From: Eledone cirrhosa
Lineage: Eukaryota
Length of the DNA: 64,000 bases
Assembly (NCBI GenBank): GCA_964016885.1
Contig: OZ024743.1
Coordinates: 107,570,001 to 107,634,000 of the forward strand
Direction of reading: 5' to 3'
Shown here: piece after piece, positions 1 through 14,915 of the stretch
How positions within the stretch are numbered: position 1 is the stretch's first letter
How the letters are laid out: each line of letters opens with the position of its first letter
The notes under the pieces: generated by a model
What the model was told of the DNA's origin: nothing
The model's input: only the letters and a program-made list of their open reading frames with translations
The model's database searches: none
Made by a program: the position numbers and the translations under genes

Positions 1-169
1 AAATCATCTACTCTTTACATTCTAATGTCAAATCCTGCTGAGGTCAACTTAGACATTCATCATATCAAGGTAAATAAAATATAATACACATTAAACACCT
101 CATAGATATAACAGTCCCTCACCCACGCCAAATTAGAAATCATTATTGGTTTCAAAACGGCCCTTGCCA

Positions 170-290
170 TTCTGAGTTCAAATCCCGCCGAGGGTAAATT
201 TGCCTTTCATCCTTACGGGGTCGATAAAATAAAGTACCATAATGTACTGGGTAATTGCGGCCTTGTGCCTAAAATAGAAACAATTATTGG
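170..290 (+). mobile_element. tRNA-derived SINE with Nin/Deu-like core, partial
   Basis: B box GAGTTCAAATCCC, core GCCTTTCATCCTTACGGGGTCGATAAAATAAAGTACC, tail GGCCTTGTGCCTAAAATAGAAACAATT; the same family recurs more than 10 times in the window. Confidence 0.85.
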
Positions 291-482
291 TTTCAATTTT
301 AGGCACAAGGTCAATAATTTTGGGGGAGAGGAAAGTCGATTAAATCGACCTCAGTGCATTAATTGTACTTTATTTTATCGACCCCGTAAGAATGAAAGGC
401 AAATTTAACCTCGGCAGGATTTGATCTCAGATCGTGAAGGGCTATAAAGCATGTTGTCCGATGCTCTACCGATACTTCCAAT
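283..482 (-). mobile_element. Same SINE family, near full length, tail-to-tail with the previous copy
   Basis: Reverse complement of the core (TTTTATCGACCCCGTAAGAATGAAAGGC) and of the B box (GGATTTGATCTC). Confidence 0.85.
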
Positions 483-526
483 CTAAAATTAGAAAACATT
501 TTTTGAAATATATAAAATAGTTGTGG

Positions 527-712
527 ATTGGTAGTGTCGGTAGAACGTCGGCTATGTTTTGCGGCATATAGTTAGGTTCTGAGTTCAAATCCCGCCCAGG
601 TTAATTTTGCTTTTTAACATTATGGGGTCGATAAAACAAAGTACCAGTAACTCATTGGATTGATTTAATCGAATTAATACAAATTACTGGGCGTGTGTCT
701 GAATCAGAAACC
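527..712 (+). mobile_element. Same SINE family, diverged full-length copy
   Basis: A-box-like TGGTAGTGTCGGTA, B box GAGTTCAAATCCC, GGGGTCGATAAAACAAAGTACC. Confidence 0.8.
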
Positions 713-1499
713 ATTGATAAAATATGTAACACTTAAATCTGTCAGTCGACTTAGTTATAGTTAAGTATCAAATTAATATATCACAATATTTGAGAAACTC
801 GGTACTTTAATCCAGTTTTCTACATCCACATAGCTCTGAGCACGTTTAAGCTGAGTCCCTTCTGTTACTGACATTCAGAATAGCTCTTCAGTTGGATAAT
901 TAATATGCTACTTCCTACTGCAGCAATTCACGAGTCATCTTCACTTCCTCCGTTATACCATAGAGACCATGCATACATCAAGGATAAATCTCCATCGTTT
1001 CTGTCTAACTGATTAATACACAAATATCTAACAATGCTAAGCTCATTTTTTTAGCTACGGTTTATATGATAGAAATATGATCCCGACTAGCATGACCTGT
1101 TCTAAACAGCATATATAAAGATTATATCTTTGTTTGTATCTGCACCATACAATACGATATCAAACACGGACTACCGTTAAAATAAAGAGTAAAAGAAGAA
1201 GATATTGTTTTAGTATTCTGTTATATATTCTTAAATCACATTTAGCTTCCCCAAAGTTGTAAATTAAATTTACGATGCGCCACAGAATGCAGTAAAGCCT
1301 GTGATCTGAAGTACGTCTCATTACAATATGGACATTACTTATGTTTTAAGAACATTGTATTCAACTTTCGAAATATATTAACAATAGCAGACAATTCGTT
1401 TCCAAATAGGATTATTATACATGAATCCTAATACATTTTGTCTTAGCACTCGCTAGAAAACTCTGAACGTAAGCACCATCAACTACATAAACGTGAAGG

Positions 1500-1700
1500 C
1501 ACATTGGTTAGTGGATAGGGTTTACGGCTTACAACCATAAGGTTATGAGTTCGATTCCCAGCGATACATTGTATCCTTCAGTTATTTTAGTCCACCCAGC
1601 TGGCAAAAATGAGTTACACCTTATAATCAAAGAGCGAGGCTTGTCACAGTCTGTCACGCTGAATTGTCACAGTCTGTCATGCCAATAATTACGTTAAGAT
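1500..1700 (+). mobile_element. Second tRNA-derived SINE family
   Basis: A box TGGTTAGTGG, B box GAGTTCGATTCCC, core GTCCACCCAGCTGGCAAAAATGAG; reverse-strand relatives at ~42530-42635, 12620-12716 and 47800-47935. Confidence 0.7.
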
Positions 1701-1724
1701 TATATATTTATTAGTAATTTCATT

Positions 1725-2034
1725 GACATGGGAATCCCCCCTTCGGAAGCCCTCCCTCCTGGCTCAGAAGCACCATGGGTCCAGTGGAAGACACTCAACC
1801 GCCTGAGAACAGGAATGGGGCGATCAAAAGCTACTATGGCCAGATGGGGCTACACGACCGGCCAACCATCTGCGAATGCAGAGAGGAGGACCATACGATG
1901 CAGCACTGCCTTGTTTGCCCTCTACTACCCAACCAGTGCAGCTTAAAAGATCTCGCAGATATTAATAATAATGCAAAGGACTGTGTAAAGAAATGGGAAA
2001 CTGTCATATACCCACATGCTTCGAAAAGAAGAAG
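1725..2034 (+). mobile_element. 5'-truncated Ingi/Vingi-like LINE 3' end, frameshifted
   Basis: WKTLNRLRTGMGRS...RWG, then CECREEDHTMQHCLVCP (CCHC knuckle) in an adjacent frame; (GAA)n tail; approximate TSD AGTAATTTCATT (1713-1724) / AGTCATTTCATT (2033-2044). Confidence 0.75.
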
Positions 2035-2305
2035 TCATTTCATTTACACGTTTTTTTTTAATAAGTATGCTGTTCCGTTGATCTTTGATCGAACAATTGC
2101 CACTCGTCGCTGGAACAGACGGAGGTCCAACTGTGTAGTATTGGTGGTACATAAAAATATATAAGTAAAAATGAGCTAAGTAGAAGGTGAAATGTAAGGA
2201 AAACAGAAATATTAAAAGCTATCACCTGCATGTTATAAAAATCTACTGAAATTGATATCTTTACATCTTTTCATTGTACACACACATACTTACATAACGG
2301 CACAA

Positions 2306-2337
<32 letters not shown>

Positions 2338-2593
2338 ACATACACACATACACACACACACATATATATATCTATATATATATATATCATAAACAAACGT
2401 ACGCCCACAAACCTCCTGCAATATGTTTAACTTCTTGTAATACTACTGAAAGGACCTCAGCTCCATCACCAACAACTTTATCAACAACGGCAATAACACT
2501 ATCACCACCACCATCTCCGCTCTGGCTGTTCATGCTGTTGCTCCTGCAGACATTTTCGGCAGCGACGATTGAATTGGATCTACATTTGTGAGA

Positions 2594-2677
2594 GTAGTAG
2601 TAGTAGTAGTATAGTAGTAGTAGTGATGGTGGTGGTGGTAGTAGTAGTAGTAGCAGCAGCAGCAGCAACAGCAGTAT

Positions 2678-2713
<36 letters not shown>

Positions 2714-2771
2714 CAGCAGTAATAATAGTAGCAGCAGCAGTATTAATAGTAGTAGCAACATTAGCAGCAGC

Positions 2772-2815
<44 letters not shown>

Positions 2816-2905
2816 CAGCAGCAGCAGCAAGAGCAGCAGCAGAAATAGTAGTAACAGCAGCAGCAGTAGTAGTAGTAGTAGTAGTAGCAGCAGCAGCAGC
2901 AGAGA
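2594..2905. repeat. (TAG)n/(CAG)n compound trinucleotide microsatellite
   Basis: Seen directly. Confidence 0.95.
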
Positions 2906-5900
2906 AAGAGCAATGAAGATGGAGACGAGGAAATACGAGATATATTGCTTACAAACGGTGGTTATAAAAATTATGGAAGCTTCTTAAGCGAAGATTTGAT
3001 GAAAGTAACACACGTGAGAAATGATGGATGGCTTTTATTTATTTTTTGTTTCTTTTATATTTCTCTTTTCCTAATCATGTTTACTTCTTATTTATTTCTA
3101 TATTTATTTTATTTACTTTTCGTTTTTCTTCATGTTGATATCCATCTGCATCTCTTTCTAATTTTGTTTACCTACTTGAATGATTGTTTGTTATTTCCTC
3201 CTTCTTCCTTTTTGTATTTTTTTGTCTTTGTTGATTTTGTTCTTCACTTTCTTTTATTACTTTCACTAATTTCTTTTTCTTTTTCTTCCATCTTTTAATT
3301 TTTTCTTTCGTTTTCATTATTTCTCTACTTTTCTTCTTGTATTACCCTATTCTTTCCTATATTGTTCACTTACTTTATTGGGTCCGGCTCTCCGCACATG
3401 GAGTTCAATTCATGCCGGGATTAGTTTTACCTTTTAGCATTTCGGGGACGATAAATAAAGTACTAGTCCACTACTTAGATCAAATCTTCTTTATAATTCT
3501 CAATCTCCGCCCCGTCGCTTTTTTGTAGTTTTATTGTTATTTCAATTCATATGGAATTTATTCAGGAATGCAGTGTATTGATCTGTTTTGGGACAGAAAT
3601 GACACCTATTTTTAACAGACCAATCAACTGTACATGGGCTCCTTCCTTGTTTGAAACACCAGTTCATATCCACTATTACTTACAATACTTTTCTTTGTTT
3701 ACCCGTAGCTCCTGATAAAGTCGGAGGAAGACCGGCAGAGCATAGGGTATGCAATTTAGACTTTGCATAACCCATCCCACTCCAGGTCTGGACTCAGCGG
3801 ATTGCTTCAAGAGAAGGAGAGTGAGATAAAGAGAAAGGAAGTAGTAGCCTGGGATTTCGAAATGACGAAGTTGACTTCGGATTCGTAATCAGAGTGCGCA
3901 GAACTCCAGAACTAATACCAAATCTTACAATCCAACGTTCTAACAACTCGCCAATTCGCCGCCTGTTAATAGGAAAATACAGATAGCTGAATACTTTAAC
4001 TTGGTTGGATTCAAGATATCACCATATTAAACTGATATCATTTGCAGTCGCTACTTAACTTGGATAGATATTCTCTGCTGGAATAATTTGGTGATTTAGG
4101 AAAAAATACAAATTTACATCTCTAGAGACGACAAAATCATCGGTAAATAATAAATAAGAATACGAGGAATACAATTCTCTCGTTAGTTATTGCTTGCTCT
4201 AATGTAAAATAAGCCTGATCTAACCAACCTCTACGTAATGGAGACTGCATAGCGGGGACATTTTCGTTACAAGTGTCCGTTTGCTGCTTTAATTATATAT
4301 TTAATTTGTCTGATAGACAATTTTAAACACATAGCCTGCGTTGTCGCCAGGAAACTGTTGGGAGTCGAAGCAGTTATTGTTTATCTCAATCATTTTACAT
4401 CGACAACTGTTGGACAAAAACACAATACCTGATCAAAAGAGTGTGATGAACAAAGCAAAGAAATATCATTCATGAAAGCACACATTAAGGCGTTTCACTC
4501 TAATATTGCTGAAACGTTTGGCAAGATCTTGTACATAGTCGTTGTTAATAGATATTGCATATCTTTAACCAGCGAGACACAGATGAACGAGCCTTCATTT
4601 TAAATACGATGGTCACCAAAGAGGACTTAAATAACTCCTGGCTAGGTTCATAATCATCTTACTTCGATCGTCGATTACTTCCCTCATACTTGTAAATATT
4701 GGATACATATACTCACTATTGATGTGTTAAGCTTCCCTTGCTCTGACAGGAAAAAACAGATACATGTCCTTCCGTAGCAATATTGGGAAGCATCTACAAG
4801 GTTTTCAACAATGAGTGTGCCAACTGTTCTGTTGATGGAAGAGGCTGCTCATGAAATTAATGTGTGCCTAACTGAGCATTCCGCACAAAGGTGTAACTTT
4901 AACAATTTTCAGACAAATTCTGAGTGAGACAGTATTTGACAAAGCAGTCTCTTTCTATTTTAGGCACAGTCCGTCTGGCGATTCTCCAAACAATTTCTTT
5001 CTAAACAATTTAACTGACAACGACACTTGCCCAAGATCCCACGTAGTTGGAATTGTTCTAGGACCAAATGATTGGGGAGCACGCTTCTTAACGATTCATG
5101 CAGCTTTAATATAGTTATAATATATACGAAATAAAAGATGATATGGTTACAGGTATAATAATATTTTAGTTTCTTCTATTGCTAGCATTCGCTATTTACC
5201 ATACCAGTATCAGAGTCTTGCAAAGGGTCAAAGGCTCTGTTTTTACTCCGCTATCAAAGACTTGAAGTGTAAAAAAGAACAAAAAATGCAACAACGATAA
5301 CAAGTAATCAAATAAATCAACGAGAAAGAAAAAAGCATGCATTAAAAAATAACCAAAACTGACGTAGGCAATAGCAAATATTTTAGATACAAATACCTCT
5401 TAACCTATCTTCCCATTTTTTTTCTTTTACCCTCTATTAATTAATGATGAAATGCAGATTATGTTGCTAATGTGCAGGATTCATTAAGGAAATCTGATGC
5501 TTTCTGATTATATGTGTTTAACTTGACGTATCAAACGTGGAATACCATCAGATTCCATCAGATACAGCTTTCATGTACATCTAAAGTATCGTGTTGTTAG
5601 TGGTGATATATAACCCAGAATAAAAAGAATACAGAAACACACTCCAGTATACACCCATCCACAACATATGAATATATCTCTCTATATATATATATCTATA
5701 TATATATATATATATATGCAGGGATAGAAATTCAAACACACCTATACAGATATGTATGTGCATGTATATGACTGTGTTATGTGAGTGTCTCGTGTGTTTG
5801 TATGAATTGTGTGCGTCTGGTATACACTGAGTTGGTCGGGAAAAACAGGAACTTTTAAAAATGTTACGTTATGCGTGTAGGCGTAATTGACTGACATTCG

Positions 5901-6019
5901 CGATGAAATGCATACACACACGAACTGACACACACTCATAACATATGCGCATATATTTACATACATATTTATGTATGTATAGATATGTATATATACAGAA
6001 AGATATCCGTATACTTAAA

Positions 6020-6132
6020 TATTATATATATATATACACATATATATATATATATATAATGTGTATATATATATATATGATATGTACATATATACAAATT
6101 ATATATATATATATATATAATGTGTGTATTTA

Positions 6133-6174
<42 letters not shown>

Positions 6175-6242
6175 TTTATATATATAAATACACACATTAT
6201 ATATATATATATATATGCATTTATATATATAAATACACACAT

Positions 6243-6294
<52 letters not shown>

Positions 6295-6339
6295 TTTATA
6301 TATATATATATATATACATTTATATATATAAATACACAC

Positions 6340-6391
<52 letters not shown>

Positions 6392-6455
6392 GTGTGTATT
6401 TATATATATAAATGTATATATATATATATATACATTTATATATATAAATACACAC

Positions 6456-6517
<62 letters not shown>

Positions 6518-6537
6518 GTGTGTATTTATATATATAA

Positions 6538-6577
<40 letters not shown>

Positions 6578-6618
6578 GCATATATATATATAGATGCATA
6601 TATATATATATATATAAA

Positions 6619-6674
<56 letters not shown>

Positions 6675-6680
6675 GTGTAA
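6020..6680. repeat. Compound (TA)n tract with repeated and inverted CATTTATATATATAAATACACACATT units
   Basis: Seen directly; the unit orientation flips around 6390-6520. Confidence 0.9.
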
Positions 6681-6949
6681 ATAGAAAATATATAGGAATT
6701 TATATATACAAATGTATGTGTGTTTCTGTGTGTGTATATGTATGTACATATATCACCGATATGCAAACCTGTGTCCATGTGCGTACTGGAGCTCGTGGTT
6801 TCAATAGTGCTCTCATGAAAGAAATCAAAAGACACATATTTTGAAAATAGAATATTCCGAAAATATTAGCTGGAATTTATACACTCACAGCAACCCAAAC
6901 ATACTTGAACCCATATTTGGACGTTAATATATATATATATATATATATA

Positions 6950-7053
6950 TAACAAAGGAATTGTGGTAAGGAACCAGATGGACCATAACGCACAAGAGTA
7001 CTCAATACTTAGGTTAGTAGAGTGGGAAATAGGAAAAAGTATGGCCCATACTT

Positions 7054-7060
<7 letters not shown>
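6950..7060 (-). mobile_element. Short (TA)n-flanked foldback element, same family as 59552-59763 and 31853-31918
   Basis: Shared GGAAWTGTGGTAAGGAACCAGRTGGACCATAACGCAC; terminal hairpin GAAAAAGTATGG/CCATACTTTTTC. Confidence 0.7.
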
Positions 7061-7113
<53 letters not shown>

Positions 7114-7122
7114 ATATATATA

Positions 7123-7480
7123 TATTGCAACCTCTGTCTTAGTGAGACACTCGAGATACTTCATGGCGGAACCAACCTATTAAACAGAAGGGCCGACTTA
7201 TTCGGCGCCTGCAAACACCTAAGGACGGGAACTTTCCTCAAGCTATATGGATAAACCCCGGTTATGGCATCCCACAACGCCAACCCCCTCCATCCCCGTA
7301 GGTCCCCTACACCCCGTAGCAATGACCAATGAGCAACAACACCCACCCATAGTTTGTGGTCCCTACGGTGGATTGTCCACCGGATCCTCTACTGGTTAAG
7401 AGTCAGCAAAACCACGTTTATTGAAGCTGAGGACCCCCCCCCCCGGGAGTGCCTACAACACAGGAAGAACAATTATCCTA
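7123..7480 (+). mobile_element. Penelope-like element 3' fragment (C-terminus of the GIY-YIG region plus 3' UTR)
   Basis: Manual translation CNLCLSETLEILHGGTNLLNRRADLFGACKHLR matches the C-termini of the other PLEs here (e.g. INRRTDLFGLC); begins at a (TA)n edge. Confidence 0.7.
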
Positions 7481-8169
7481 AGGTACTAACCCTATACGCA
7501 TGAATTAGCGCCCGCAACCGTGCGCTGTGTGTGTATACTGCGATTACGTGAATGTACTCACTCATGTGAACGTAACGACATACTAATACCCCAGGTTGCA
7601 TTTGAAAAGTGTTTGAGTGTATATTTAAGAGTATATTTGTATATGCTCTCTTGAGTGAACACGTGTATATAGAGATACACACGCATCCAGAGGTATAAAA
7701 GTGTGGGTGGGTATATATGTCTGTACTAAGGTATTCGCCTAAGCTCCAAAGCCCCTAAACTATTGTTGTGAAGATATATATCACACTCTACTTTTGTCTA
7801 TTCTAAACAATAACTTTTCCAAACACCCACTTTACTTTTCTTTAAAAATAACACCCACCTCGTTTTATGTCTGCCTTTTACTTGAATTCGGGGGCCTCTG
7901 TTGTATATATGTATGCACTTGTGCGTACATACATATATATACACACCTGTATGGATTCGTGTGTGTAGATGTGTGTGTGTGTTTGTGGGGGTAGGTGTGG
8001 GTGTATGTACAAATCAACCAACATAAGTCTTTTTATTTGTAAACTTTCTAAGTATTTGACTCTAACTATAATTTTCAGTATTACCACCCCACATAAATTC
8101 CTCAATTTGTATGTGTGGATGTGTGTGTGTGTGTGTCTGTGGGGGTGGGTGTGAGTGTATGTGCAAGTC

Positions 8170-8565
8170 ATCCAACATAAGTCTTTTTATATGTAAATTG
8201 TCTAGTATTCTACTCTAACCATAATTTTCAGTAGTACCACCCCACATAAATTCCCCAATTTAAGAATGACCTGTAGTATCGAATTTCATACTATAAACCT
8301 CAATTGCATATATATCTGACCAGGAATATTTTTTGTGAAAATCAGTCATATGGAACTATTGTCATCTTGCCTGTCAGTTTGAACTTTACAACAACACCTG
8401 CCTCTTTGAGGTTAAATACCAACCCTACTAGCATCTACAAACTGACCAATGAGAATTAAGATCATTCCTGCTTACAACATTAAATTATCCCTAACAAGCA
8501 CATATGTCCCTAGGCTCTGATACCATCAACAACAAAACACAGATCTGGCATATCTAAGAACTGAC
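8170..8565 (+). repeat. Dispersed repeat with an inverted homologue at 12825-13203 and a partial tandem copy at ~8015-8110
   Basis: Long matching stretches, e.g. GAATGACCTGTAGTATCGAATTTCATACTATAAACCTCAATTG and its reverse complement at ~13075-13118. Confidence 0.85.
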
Positions 8566-8662
8566 TAATTGCCTGATGGGGTCATAGCCATTCAATGGCT
8601 ATCATCAATATATATAGCAGTAAATAAAGGATTATGAGTTCATGCAATTGACTTATGTTTCG

Positions 8663-8764
<102 letters not shown>

Positions 8765-8887
8765 GGGTGTTTGCGTATGTTTAGCTCTGTGTATGTGTCT
8801 GAGACTGTGTGTATGGATGTGAGAATTTTAATCTATTTAGAGATTGAAATAGTGAGAGAGACAGAAATGATAAAAGTTCGCATGTAC

Positions 8888-8956
<69 letters not shown>

Positions 8957-9070
8957 TATATATATATATATAATTTTTATATATGTACATATCATATATA
9001 TACACACATTTTATATATATATATATGTGTATATATATATATATACATATACATACACACGCGCGAGCGC

Positions 9071-9101
<31 letters not shown>

Positions 9102-9238
9102 ATGTACATATATTTATACATATGCATGTTCACACACACACGGGCATACATATACATATATATGCATATGCATATATATATATATTTAAATTTGGGTGGA
9201 TATCTATCTATGTTATATATATATTATATATGTATGTG

Positions 9239-9282
<44 letters not shown>

Positions 9283-10042
9283 TGTTTTCCCTGGTTGCAC
9301 CGGTTGCATCTCAGCGTACTCAATAGGTAAGATTAAGTAAAATCCCAGTCTAGACACAAAGTTATTTGCCTCGTTACAACACATGTAAATGCGTACCATA
9401 AATTTATACACGTACTCGAGTTTTCCCCCTCAAGTAATGCAGTAAGAGAGCGTATAGCATCCATTGTCTGCTTTTATTATGTAATAACGCACAATCAGTA
9501 CATGTGGCTTCATCAGCGGGCTTCACCTAAATCAATAACCAATCGATCGACTGGATTTGATTCCAGCCTGTGCTGTCTATGGCAGTAAATGAGACAGGCG
9601 ACACAGTAGTATAGTAGTAACTGGAAAATCTCCAGTCATTAAAATACCGCTAACCGATTCGTTATGCTATCAGAAATTTACGTGAATCCTAGGAGTCGAG
9701 AATCTATGCTTCGTTCCTTCCATAAATACTCAACCAACATATCTCAAATCAAACACAAATTAACAAGTGAGCGAAAAAATCAGTTACTGGAGAAACATCT
9801 GTCTTTAATCACTGTACAATAGAATGGTAGCATTTGACTCTAATCTCCGAGAGGGGGCGCTTGCTAGAATTTGAATTTGGAATATTTCGACCAGCCACGT
9901 GCGCAACAAACATGAATCAATAGGTGAGTGAGAGATAAAAGATAGAACAGGTATTAGAGCGTACATTAAATAAAACACAATAAAAAAATCTGCACAGTGG
10001 TTTAACTTACTCTGATATATCTCTATATATATATATAGATAG

Positions 10043-10172
<130 letters not shown>

Positions 10173-10199
10173 ATAAAGTTGTAGTTTCTGTCTGTTTGT

Positions 10200-11580
10200 T
10201 TGATCACGAAATCCTCGTATGATTTGGAGACGTTTGAAGACTTTTGTAGACTTCTACCCGTCTATTACTCACCCTCTTTTAACAAAGCCTTAAATTTCGT
10301 TAGAAAGTTTATCAATATTTCTGATATTGAAGAGAATGTCACTTTGCATGCTAGAAACACTTTATTATTTACTAATAATGACACTTGAGTAAAAAAAATC
10401 TAACACAGAGAACCCATTCGATGTCTCAGTGCTGACGTGTGTGATTTAGTCGGCCTATTTCTCCTACACACACTTAAAGAAAAATTCTCTAACCGTACCT
10501 TTGGGCTTTATCGCGACGATGGTCTAATACTTTCCCATACCACTATAGGCCATAACTTAGATAGATTCAGGAAAGACTTAATAAAACCTTCGCTAGTTTT
10601 AATCTTAAAATTACCATTGGCACTAACCTTTCTAATGTTAATTTTCTAGATATATACCTGGATCTGCCTACTGCTTCTTATATACCGTACTATAAACCAA
10701 TGAAAATTTAAAATATATAAATAAAGGCTCTTGCCATCCTCCTATAGTTTTTTAAAATCTTACCCCTAATATTAGCCGTAGGATCTCCACTCTCTTCCTC
10801 AGAAGCTATATTAAATAAGACATCCCCCTACTATAATACAGCCCTTCAAAATAGCGGATTTAGCGAACCGATTAAATAGATACCCAACAATACTTACTCC
10901 TTTAAACATAATAATAGGAAAAGAAAAATAATCTGGTTCACACCCCCTACTCTTTAGCAGTTAAAACTAATGTACGCAAAACATTCCTAGAGCTCTTAGA
11001 TAAACATTTCCCTAGAACACATAGATACTATAAGATCTTCAATAGAAACTGTGTCAAAATCAGCTATTCCTGCGGTCCCCTATTAAATCTTATATCCTCA
11101 ATAAGAAAATACCCAGAGAACATCAACATTGCTCCTGTAGAGTCAAAAGTGAATGCCCATTACAAGGTAACTGCAACACCAAAGCCATTGTATATGCGGC
11201 TAAAGTGACAAACACCAGCAATAACCTACCAGCCACCAGCGAACGATATGTGGGTATGACACAAGACAAATTCAAATCGCGTTATTACTCACATGTCGCA
11301 TCTTTCTGACATCCTGAAAAAAGATTTACAACAGCTCTGGCTAGCAGAATATGAGATTTGAAAGACCAAGGTATCCAATATAAATTAGATTGGTCAATTT
11401 TGAACCAATCTAAAGAATATGCAAGAGGAACAAGAAGATGCGTACTCTGCATAAGTGAAAAATATTAGATTTTACAGAACCTTAAATCACCAAAAACCTG
11501 CCTAAATGCAAAAACAGAAATTTTCACCAGTTGCCCACACATGATATCACACTTGCTTTCCAGCTCATATAAACTTAAAT
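10200..11580 (+). pseudogene. Degenerate Penelope-like element: RT plus GIY-YIG endonuclease
   Basis: GLYRDDGL RT motif; downstream frames give CSCRVKSECPLQGNC, IVYAAKV and YVGMTQDKFKSRYYSH; many frameshifts and stops; next to (GT)n. Confidence 0.9.
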
Positions 11581-12073
11581 CACTTTCAGGTACTTATCCT
11601 CGATAAACTCTTGTTCTTCACTTTCCTTAAATTACCCTCTTTACAGACTTCTCTTTCTGATTTACTTTTATTTTTAATTTTAACTTTATTTTTACTTCAA
11701 ATCCACCAGTGACACCCCACCCGGCTTTTTGATTCACTTACTTTATATCTTCACAATTTTACATATTTTACTTCCCCATTTTCTTTCACCACCCGATATC
11801 ACATGTCACTTGCGTTTTCAACTCCAGATATATTCTGTTGTCTCTCAGCCGCTTTTATGTATGTTTACTTACGTATAATTTGTACTCATTTATTCATACG
11901 GTTGGTTTTTATATTGTACCTATGCCTGTGAGCGTGCATGTGTGTGTATGCGTGTTTGTATATGTATACGAATGCATTTGTATGTGCGCGTGTGTGTGTG
12001 TATATGTGTGTGTATGTGTGTTTTTATATCTGTTTTTTACATACTTATATGTATGTGTGTGTGTGTGTGTATG

Positions 12074-12110
<37 letters not shown>

Positions 12111-12619
12111 GGAAAAAATAAAACGAAATTTCATTTCCCACTCTTAGTACGGCTGTTACTTAAATATAAGTATGTACACGTACATACATATATGTATACA
12201 GACGTACAGTAGTATGTATATATATATATACATACATGCACACATATATATACGTACGTATGGATTCACCGAACATTTATTATAATGCTCGGTGTGTTTG
12301 TAATCGAACATCCCGTATTAAGCTGTAGTGTCCAGCAACCATCGTTGCTCGTTTGTTCAACACTGACAAATGAACGCTGTACTAGTTTCAAGCTTATTAG
12401 CTATCGTCAGCAACGTATACCTTCCTGCCAGATTGTTGAACATATATACTTACCTTATGCATATTAACGGCTGAGTAGCCCAATTTGCATATCGAGTGGG
12501 TTAATCGGCCGGGTGCACCGAAAACGATAAACGGAAAAAGTGAAACGAAATTTCATTTCCCACTCTTAGTACGGCTGTTACTTAAATATAAGTATGTACA
12601 CGTACATCGATATGCAGAT

Positions 12620-12716
12620 TGCTCAAGGAAACAACACATCACCCTGTCCGAGAATTGAACACACAACCTTTCGATTACAAGCGTAATGCTCTAAACAATA
12701 AGCCATGCGCTTTCAC
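12620..12716 (-). mobile_element. tRNA-like SINE head (second family)
   Basis: Near identical to 47838-47935; B box reverse complement GAATTGAAC. Confidence 0.7.
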
Positions 12717-13215
12717 AATAGATATACAAGTGGTATATGTAAATATATATATATATAGAGAGAGATAGAGAGAGAGATAAATAGATGTGTGTCGGTGGGG
12801 GGGGGGGGGGGGGTTATGTGAGTTCTTAGATATGCCAGCTCTGTGTTTATGTATTGATGGTATCAGACCCTTGGGACATATTAGCTTGTTAGAGATAATT
12901 TAATGTTGTCAGCAGGAATAATTCTAATTATCATTGGTCAGTTTGTAGATGCTAGTAGGGTTGGTATTTGACCTCCAACAGGCAGGTGGTGTCGAAAGTC
13001 AAACTGTCAGGCAAGATGACAATAGTTCCATATGACTGATTTTCACAAAAAGCATTCCTGGTCAGATATATATTCAATTGAGGTTTATAGTATGAAATTC
13101 GATACTACAGGTCATTCTTAAATTGAGGAATTTATGTGGGGTGGTACTACTGAAAATTATGGTTAGAGTCGAATACTAGAAAGTTTACATATAGAAAGAC
13201 TTATGAAAAGGAGAC

Positions 13216-13265
<50 letters not shown>

Positions 13266-13631
13266 GTGTCCTTTTACTTCATGGAAAACAGGACTGAACA
13301 AAGTCTGATTCACCGCCTTGGGTCTTATTCCCCACTTGGAGTCAACTGACCTCCTCAATTTCTCGAAACCCCGTCCATTTCACACCCCTATATTCCTATC
13401 GCTTTCTCTTGATCATTAAACATCTTCTCTTACAACTAGTACAGGCCGGCTATATATGCTCACTCCACTTTTCCCTTCACACCCTTATATTAACATACTT
13501 TGCTCATAGCTTCGTACTTACATGAACACACACTCTTTTACTCACATATACACACACATTTCTTCTTAGCTTTGTATGGACACATAATAACCCCCTCCCC
13601 CCACCCCCCACCTACCCCCCCGCCCCCCATG

Positions 13632-13725
<94 letters not shown>

Positions 13726-14197
13726 TGCTTACGCACGTGCACAAGTATACCTCCTTTTACAAAACGTTTTTGTTTTCCATTTCAGGTAGACACGCTCCAT
13801 CATCTACTTTTCAAAAAAAATAAATCATACACAAAACGCAGCACCAACAGTTTTGCAAGAGATGTCAACATGATTGGACCTATTATTTTTTTATCTAAAG
13901 AAATGTTTTCCAATTACAACCCGCCCGCCCCCTCAATCTATCTTATTTCTCATTCTTTCTTCTGATGAAGGACTAGGTTAAGAAACGTTAAGTTCCTCTT
14001 ACTGCTATATGAAGCGTTAACCTAATATGTCCCTTCCATATGCTGTACGATTGTGTTGTTATTCCTGTTTACTTTTACATACATACATATATATATATGT
14101 GTGTGTGTGCGTGTGTGTGTGGGGGGGGGGTATGTGTGTGTGCATGCGTGTGTGTGTGTACATGTGTGTAATGTGTGTATGTATATATATGTATATA

Positions 14198-14259
<62 letters not shown>

Positions 14260-14369
14260 TTTAGGTTTGTTGGTTCACCACTGGATAGAACTAGTCATTC
14301 TGTATAGTGAACCTCGATGTAATATTAGGGAGAGCACTCGAAGAAATGCAACTCACCCGTCTTTGTTTG

Positions 14370-14666
<297 letters not shown>

Positions 14667-14673
14667 AATATAG

Positions 14674-14710
<37 letters not shown>

Positions 14711-14731
14711 AATATACATATATATATATAT

Positions 14732-14779
<48 letters not shown>

Positions 14780-14787
14780 GTAAATAT

Positions 14788-14818
<31 letters not shown>

Positions 14819-14915
14819 AAGATATATATATAAATATATATATATATTTATAATATATATATATAAATATATATATATATTTATAATATATATATATAAA
14901 TATATATATATAAAT

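Noticed and set aside
1500-1575. tRNA gene
   Set aside because: A and B boxes are present but there is no full cloverleaf, and it continues into a SINE core; the same applies to the other SINE heads
8570-8625. CTGATGG-GGTCATAGCCATT/AATGGCTATCATC hairpin as an HHR
   Set aside because: Core altered, with GAAA and stem I missing
13961-14050. CTGATGA followed by a GGAC-TAGGTTAA...TTAACCTA..GTCC stem
   Set aside because: No GAAA after the stem; too degenerate to call a hammerhead
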